A stretch of DNA of 64,000 nucleotides, taken from assembly GCA_018659375.1 (NCBI GenBank), contig JABJMO010000009.1, forward strand, positions 36,320 through 100,319, written 5' to 3'. The position numbers were made by a program, and so were the translations under genes. How positions within the stretch are numbered: position 1 is the stretch's first letter; every line of letters starts with the position of its first letter. Positions 58,582 through 64,000 of the stretch are shown here, in pieces. The notes under the pieces are model-generated. The model made no database searches. It worked only from the letters and a program-made list of their open reading frames with translations, and was not told where the DNA came from. Source of the DNA: Methanobacteriota archaeon (lineage in GTDB: Archaea; Thermoplasmatota; Poseidoniia; Poseidoniales; Poseidoniaceae).

Positions 58582-61500
58582 GTGAATCACTGGGATAGTG
58601 TAAATAAAGTGGTTGACATTGAATACCTAGATAATCCTCAAGATACTGAGAGTTTACTAGAAATGTTGTGCCCTCCGGTTAGAAACTGGTTCAAGGACAA
58701 ATTCCCTGATTTTACTAGGCCTCAGAAATTGGCTATTCCAGCGATATTGGAGCGAAAACACTTACTACTTTGCTCACCAACTGGATCTGGTAAAACTCTA
58801 ACAGCATTTTTGACTATCATCGATAAATTAGTTAGACTAGCACTTGATGGGAAATTGGAGAAAAAGGTCCACTGTGCTTACATCTCTCCCATCAAAGCCT
58901 TGGCCAATGACATCCAGAGAAATTTGATTGGACCGCTTACCGAAATTTCTGAACGATATTTACCTGACCGCGCCCAAGAAATCAAAGTTGGGCTGAGAAC
59001 TGGAGACACGCCTCAGTCTGAAAGGCAAAGGATGCTAAAACATCCACCGCATATCTTGATTACCACCCCTGAAAGTTTAGCTATTGCAATTACTTCCCCT
59101 CGATTTCAACCCATTGTTAGTGAATTGGAATACATTATTATTGACGAACTCCACTCTTTAGTACCCACTAAGAGAGGAGTACACCTTGGGCTTACATTAT
59201 CTTACTTAGATACATTACTAAAAACACCGGTCCAGAGAATTGGTATTTCGGCAACCATGGAACCTTTAGAAAAAGTTGCTGAATATCTTGTATCTAGTGA
59301 CGATAGAGAATCAAGAAGTGGAGCAAGCAAAGTTAGCATAGCTAAGGTATCTGGGTCTCGAGAACTAGATTTAGACATAATAATTCCCGATAATCGATTT
59401 AGTGATTTGTCAGTGATGAAAGTACTGGAGAAAAATATTGATGTAATGGCTGATTTAATATCTGCCCACACCACAACATTAGTTTTTGCCAATACTAGAA
59501 AAATGACAGAAACCTTAGTTCAAAGGTTAAGACCACACCTTGGTGAATTAATTGCCGGACACCACGGATCAATGGATAAGAAAATACGACTTGATGTGGA
59601 GAGGAAACTCAAACACGGTCATTTACGCGCAGTTGTCACATCCTCATCATTGGAAATGGGAATCGACATTGGTTCTGTTGATTTAGTAATACAAGTAGGT
59701 AGCCCAGGTGATATCGCTACTGCACTACAGAGAATCGGTCGTGCTGGGCACCATGTTGGAGGAATTCCAAGAGCGAGATTCTTACCGACTAGCGTTGACG
59801 ATTTACTCGAACTTGCAGCATTACAATCGGCAATTCAAAAGGGTGAAATGGACATATTACATTTCCCGGAAAATAGTCTTGATGTGGTTGCTCAGTTTAT
59901 GATTGGACTGGTCATTATCAATCAGTTAGACATAGATGAGGCATATGAAGTCATAGTTAATGCATGGTCCTACAGAAATTTTGAGTATGATGATTTTATT
60001 GAAGTTCTAGACATGCTTGAAGAAGAAAGACGAGTTTGGGTAGATTGGGAAGAAAACATCTACGGAAAACGTGGTTATTCAAGAATGATTTACTACACCA
60101 ATATCGGTACAATTGCCCCAGATAATTCATACCTAGTGCTAAATGCTGAAGGTTCTGTACTTGGAAAACTAAGTGGTTCATTCGTGTCAAATCTGCGTGG
60201 CGGTGATGTTATCCTACTTGGTGGTTCAACCTATCGAGTCACCAATATTCAAGGCACAAGAGTGAACGTGACTGCAGTCACAGGATACCGCCCTACTGTT
60301 CCATCATGGTCTGGTGAAGCTAGATCTCGTTCAAGAGAATTATCTAGCGCTTTACTAGATCTTATCGGTCACTGTATTGTGGCGCTTAGAAAAGAAATAG
60401 ATCCACGAATGATACTACGCGATGCTTATGGTTTGTCAAATATTGTGGCTAATGCAATTGCTCGACATTTGGAGGAACATTCAATTGATTCTTTCCAAGT
60501 ACCCGACCCTAACAGAATATTAGTTGAACAAATAATCAGTAGTGGGCATCCAACCTACATGATCACCACATGTCGGGGAAGAGGATTCAATACTGCGCTT
60601 GGTTATTTCTTAGCAGGTCTTGCTGAAACCAAAGGGATTAGCGTCATCGAAATGTCATTTGATGAAAATGGGTTATTGCTTAGAACCTCCCAGGAAATTG
60701 AACCACGAGAGATGTATGACTCTTTCAAAAACCAAAATCATATTGAAGTTATTGAAAGATACATCATTAGCACTCAGATATTTTCTAAGAGATTCAAGGA
60801 AGTTGCAGGACGTTCGCTAATAATTCCAAAAAGAATTGGGGCCGAAGAAATAAGTCCTCAGCAATTCCAACAAAAAGCAGATTTGTTGCTGAATAAACAT
60901 AGAACTATTGAAGACAGTTTATTGATGCGAGAGGCAAAAAATGAAATCATGTTTGGTGACATAGATCTCAATAGTTTGAATGATTTCCTAAGTTTATGTG
61001 TTCAAGGCGAAGCAAGGATTGTTCATCAAAAAATGACTATCCCCTCAAGACTTGGTATGTCGTTGTTTATGTCGGCCTTTGAAGATTTAATGTCGATGAA
61101 AACTAGAGCGTTCTTGGTCAAGGATATTGACCCCACAATATTGGCGAGATTACTTGGAACAAGATCTCTGGCAACTGAACTATCTGCTCAGGAATTGGTT
61201 AATTACTATCTAAACAAGGCACCTATTCCGAAAAACCCTGCAGAATTATTGAAATTAATGTCTCAGGGAGGGGGTCTAGATAAGTCATTCAAAAATCCAC
61301 TATACAAAGAAAAACTTCAAAATATTGATATTGAAATTCTACGAGGTTGGGTAAAAAGTCTATGTCAGAATGGCGATATAGTCAAGATCAGGAATACTGG
61401 TTCCCCTGAGCTAGATGAAAAATGGTTTACCCCTTACATGGCAGAGATTCATGGTACTTTGGGCTGCCTTGCGTCCAACGGTGGCAAAGATGCCAAGGAT

Positions 61501-63894
61501 CTTAGAGAATTACATGTTGATGGGCTACAATACCAAATCGCTGATGAATATGATGGTTTAAAGCCGACCAAATGGAAGGATATGAAAGTAAGCGATCCTC
61601 ACGTTGCTATGCGTGTGAAAATAATCGAAATGTTAGGCAGTGAAGGGCCTAAGATGGCAGATGAGATTGAACAACGACTGCCATTCTCAAAGACATTAGT
61701 AGATCGTATTTTACTCGAACTTGAATCAAGAAATGTAATATCAGTAGGCTTTTACAAACAAACCGATGATGCTGAATACATCTTGAAAATTGATGAACAT
61801 AGGCTAACAGGCGGTGAGGAAGAAGTTGTAGAATATCGCTGGGTACAGAATATGGTTTTTGATAAATCATTCGCCCAGTATGATGATGGTTTTTCAGCAT
61901 TTGATTCACATGTGATATTCCAAAAGCAACAGGAATTAATGTACAGAGTAGGACAGTTCAGATTCAAAGATTGGAAAGATCTTCAAATGGATTCTGACGT
62001 AATCATGGGAAGATTACTTCATAATCGAATTGGTTATACTACGAGAAAGAATATTCCTATGCTTCTTGGACTAAAACCGGAACCTTGGATTGGTGCAATG
62101 GAGGAACAATTATTGCAAAAAATACCCCCTGGAATAAATGTTACTCGACAGGAAATTATGCAAGATTTCCCCAAAGGTGATGAATTCAAGTCACTACATC
62201 GGGATTTGAAGAGGGCTTTGGATAATTTAGAACGCCAAATGTTAGTAGTAAAACAATTTGAAGATGTTGTTGGAAGGCGAAGAAAATTATCATTATTCCA
62301 TCGTGTATTGGGTGTCTACAAGCCGATGAGTTTCGAAGATTCATTGGTTGATGTGGTGAAAAGATTAGGACCAATTAAATCACATACATTGCGATTCTTT
62401 GTCACCAGGTCCTACGAAGACTTGACTATTGCCTTGATGAATTTAGAGAAATCTGGTAGGATTGCTAAGGTTGTATCTTTGGTACCAGAACCTGAAGCAT
62501 TCTATTGTATGCCAGACGAGGTCGATAAGCTAAGTAGGGCTAGCAGAGAAGACGGAGAATTGAGGATTTTGACGCAATCTGACCCATATGTATCAAGATT
62601 CATTTGGGAAGTTCGAAGTATTTTAGACCGGGGTTGGTATCTTCCAGTGTTCAAAGGAGTCGACCCTATCGGCAAGGTATTAATGTTCAAAGTAAATGAT
62701 TACCTTGAGGTAAAAGACTTACAAATACCCAACGCATATATCGAAGAATTTTGTGAAGCTTTCTCTGTGTTACTAGATAACCATTCAGACCAATTAGTCG
62801 ATGTCGCAGTATTAACAAACTTCAACAGTGAGCCAGTATCTCAACTGGATCCCGAAACTAGGATACATTTCGAAAATATTGGGTTTAAACTCACAGGGGA
62901 GCGAATGATTCGTGGGGGAATCGTTGATCCACAACCAAGAGAAATTGCTGAAAGAGCACTTTTCCATCGTCATTTCCTTCATCAAAATACACGACTAGAA
63001 AATGAAGTAATTGCTATGAAAAAGATTCCTGAGGTAAGAGATGATTTTGCATTGAGGGGACGCTGTGAAGTTTATCGTGCCGATATTAAGAGTATGGCAA
63101 GTGCCAACAGATTACACCAAGGAGTCAACCTAAGGGGTCATCAAGTTTGGGCTACATACGAACACTTTCAGGACCTCCAAGTCATTCGAGGAGAACCTGC
63201 AGATGAAGATTTACTTGACATAGTAGACTTTTTCTCGACAAATTCTGACCCAAATATTTTCAAAGAAAGACATGCTTTGTCCCAATCTGAATTCCGTAAA
63301 TTAGTTCAACCACTCATTAGGACTGGACATATCGTTCAGGACTTTAGAGGAGGCTTTAGAACTGTCAAACCAAACCAATCATTAGACAGGGTAGAACTTA
63401 GAAAAGAATATCTAAGGAAAATGGTTACAGATTACCCAATCATTACCCTTAAACAATTTATGAGATTAGCAGGAACGCCATTTAAGCCTGAAGAAATCAA
63501 ATCAGTGTTAAACGAATTTGAACAAGATGAGACACTCATTAAAGGATTTTTGATTGAGGATTTGCATGAAGTATGCTGGGGTAGAAAAGAATTACTTGAA
63601 GAAGCCAAAGATATCAAACCCATAAGGGATTTCGTTTTGCCGCCAAGTGACCCAATAGCACCATATTTTGCAGATGTAATGAAAGAGCGGTTTGGCTTTG
63701 GTTCTGCCTACTTAGTTTTCAAAAATGCAGAGCCAGTAGCGGCTTTTAAAGCTAATACTAGAAACAAAATAATCGAAGTTAAAGACTATGAAGGTTCAGA
63801 AAAAGGTTGGAGAATAGTCAAAGAATTTGCTTGGGAGCACCAAATGCCACTTCAGACTGAACTAAGAATTGGTGGCAAAAAAATGAAGAGATGA
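58582..63894 (+). CDS. lhr: Lhr-like large ATP-dependent DExH helicase with a very long C-terminal extension (1770 aa)
   Basis: Walker A CSPTGSGKT, DExH box IIIDELHSL, and QxxGRAGR-type motif LQRIGRAGH. The track start is GTG 58582. An alternative ATG lies at 58663. Confidence 0.75.
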   Translation: MNHWDSVNKVVDIEYLDNPQDTESLLEMLCPPVRNWFKDKFPDFTRPQKLAIPAILERKHLLLCSPTGSGKTLTAFLTIIDKLVRLALDGKLEKKVHCAYISPIKALANDIQRNLIGPLTEISERYLPDRAQEIKVGLRTGDTPQSERQRMLKHPPHILITTPESLAIAITSPRFQPIVSELEYIIIDELHSLVPTKRGVHLGLTLSYLDTLLKTPVQRIGISATMEPLEKVAEYLVSSDDRESRSGASKVSIAKVSGSRELDLDIIIPDNRFSDLSVMKVLEKNIDVMADLISAHTTTLVFANTRKMTETLVQRLRPHLGELIAGHHGSMDKKIRLDVERKLKHGHLRAVVTSSSLEMGIDIGSVDLVIQVGSPGDIATALQRIGRAGHHVGGIPRARFLPTSVDDLLELAALQSAIQKGEMDILHFPENSLDVVAQFMIGLVIINQLDIDEAYEVIVNAWSYRNFEYDDFIEVLDMLEEERRVWVDWEENIYGKRGYSRMIYYTNIGTIAPDNSYLVLNAEGSVLGKLSGSFVSNLRGGDVILLGGSTYRVTNIQGTRVNVTAVTGYRPTVPSWSGEARSRSRELSSALLDLIGHCIVALRKEIDPRMILRDAYGLSNIVANAIARHLEEHSIDSFQVPDPNRILVEQIISSGHPTYMITTCRGRGFNTALGYFLAGLAETKGISVIEMSFDENGLLLRTSQEIEPREMYDSFKNQNHIEVIERYIISTQIFSKRFKEVAGRSLIIPKRIGAEEISPQQFQQKADLLLNKHRTIEDSLLMREAKNEIMFGDIDLNSLNDFLSLCVQGEARIVHQKMTIPSRLGMSLFMSAFEDLMSMKTRAFLVKDIDPTILARLLGTRSLATELSAQELVNYYLNKAPIPKNPAELLKLMSQGGGLDKSFKNPLYKEKLQNIDIEILRGWVKSLCQNGDIVKIRNTGSPELDEKWFTPYMAEIHGTLGCLASNGGKDAKDLRELHVDGLQYQIADEYDGLKPTKWKDMKVSDPHVAMRVKIIEMLGSEGPKMADEIEQRLPFSKTLVDRILLELESRNVISVGFYKQTDDAEYILKIDEHRLTGGEEEVVEYRWVQNMVFDKSFAQYDDGFSAFDSHVIFQKQQELMYRVGQFRFKDWKDLQMDSDVIMGRLLHNRIGYTTRKNIPMLLGLKPEPWIGAMEEQLLQKIPPGINVTRQEIMQDFPKGDEFKSLHRDLKRALDNLERQMLVVKQFEDVVGRRRKLSLFHRVLGVYKPMSFEDSLVDVVKRLGPIKSHTLRFFVTRSYEDLTIALMNLEKSGRIAKVVSLVPEPEAFYCMPDEVDKLSRASREDGELRILTQSDPYVSRFIWEVRSILDRGWYLPVFKGVDPIGKVLMFKVNDYLEVKDLQIPNAYIEEFCEAFSVLLDNHSDQLVDVAVLTNFNSEPVSQLDPETRIHFENIGFKLTGERMIRGGIVDPQPREIAERALFHRHFLHQNTRLENEVIAMKKIPEVRDDFALRGRCEVYRADIKSMASANRLHQGVNLRGHQVWATYEHFQDLQVIRGEPADEDLLDIVDFFSTNSDPNIFKERHALSQSEFRKLVQPLIRTGHIVQDFRGGFRTVKPNQSLDRVELRKEYLRKMVTDYPIITLKQFMRLAGTPFKPEEIKSVLNEFEQDETLIKGFLIEDLHEVCWGRKELLEEAKDIKPIRDFVLPPSDPIAPYFADVMKERFGFGSAYLVFKNAEPVAAFKANTRNKIIEVKDYEGSEKGWRIVKEFAWEHQMPLQTELRIGGKKMKR

Positions 63895-64000
63895 ACCGCA
63901 ATCAGCCAACCACTAGTTTTTAATGGGACCGTTACATGACAGAAACGATAACATGAACCAATATTCGAAATCTCTCCTTTTGGTCAGTATTTTCCTGATT

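Overview
This is a gene-dense, low-GC (roughly 35-40% by eye) chromosomal segment of an archaeon. Every well-conserved gene is archaeal in type: Kae1, PAN, aMBF1, Tsr3, PriS, RFC large subunit, a split transketolase, a short transaldolase, archaeal-type ProRS and GlyRS, SRP54, ArsA/Get3 with an Hsp20-like tail, TrkAH, a geranylgeranyl-reductase-family enzyme and a giant Lhr helicase. Genes are packed with 1-30 bp spacers or 4-nt overlaps. Several starts appear to be TTG or GTG, with TATA-like boxes about 25-30 nt upstream that are consistent with leaderless transcripts. A 50-aa zinc-ribbon gene missed by the ORF track and a DUF835-like protein suggest a Nitrososphaerota (Thaumarchaeota)-like lineage. 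A low-GC Poseidoniales-like heterotroph cannot be excluded without searches. The window carries a histidine-utilisation gene set of the formimino-tetrahydrofolate type (hutI, hutH, hutU, and a split glutamate formiminotransferase plus cyclodeaminase). These genes are dispersed and partly arrayed with a YdeP-family molybdoenzyme, FdhD and an MFS transporter. Other content is futalosine-pathway menaquinone genes (mqnA, mqnD, one radical-SAM MqnC/E-type), pentose-phosphate genes, a P2-type cation ATPase, an OPT transporter and a tRNA-Val(GAC) with encoded CCA. There are also several large, highly acidic, repeat-rich membrane or surface proteins carrying EF-hand, TSP3-like, WD40-like, RDD and transglutaminase-like domains. 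I saw no CRISPR array, transposase, integrase or recognisable defence system. The most system-like novelties are three. First, a zinc-ribbon plus six-EF-hand membrane-protein operon beside the tRNA. Second, a tight mbf1-tsr3-fdhD-ydeP-MFS-hutU-hutH array. Third, two proteins that share a C-terminal tail resembling an archaeosortase sorting signal. All functional calls rest on motif recognition by eye, with no database searches run.
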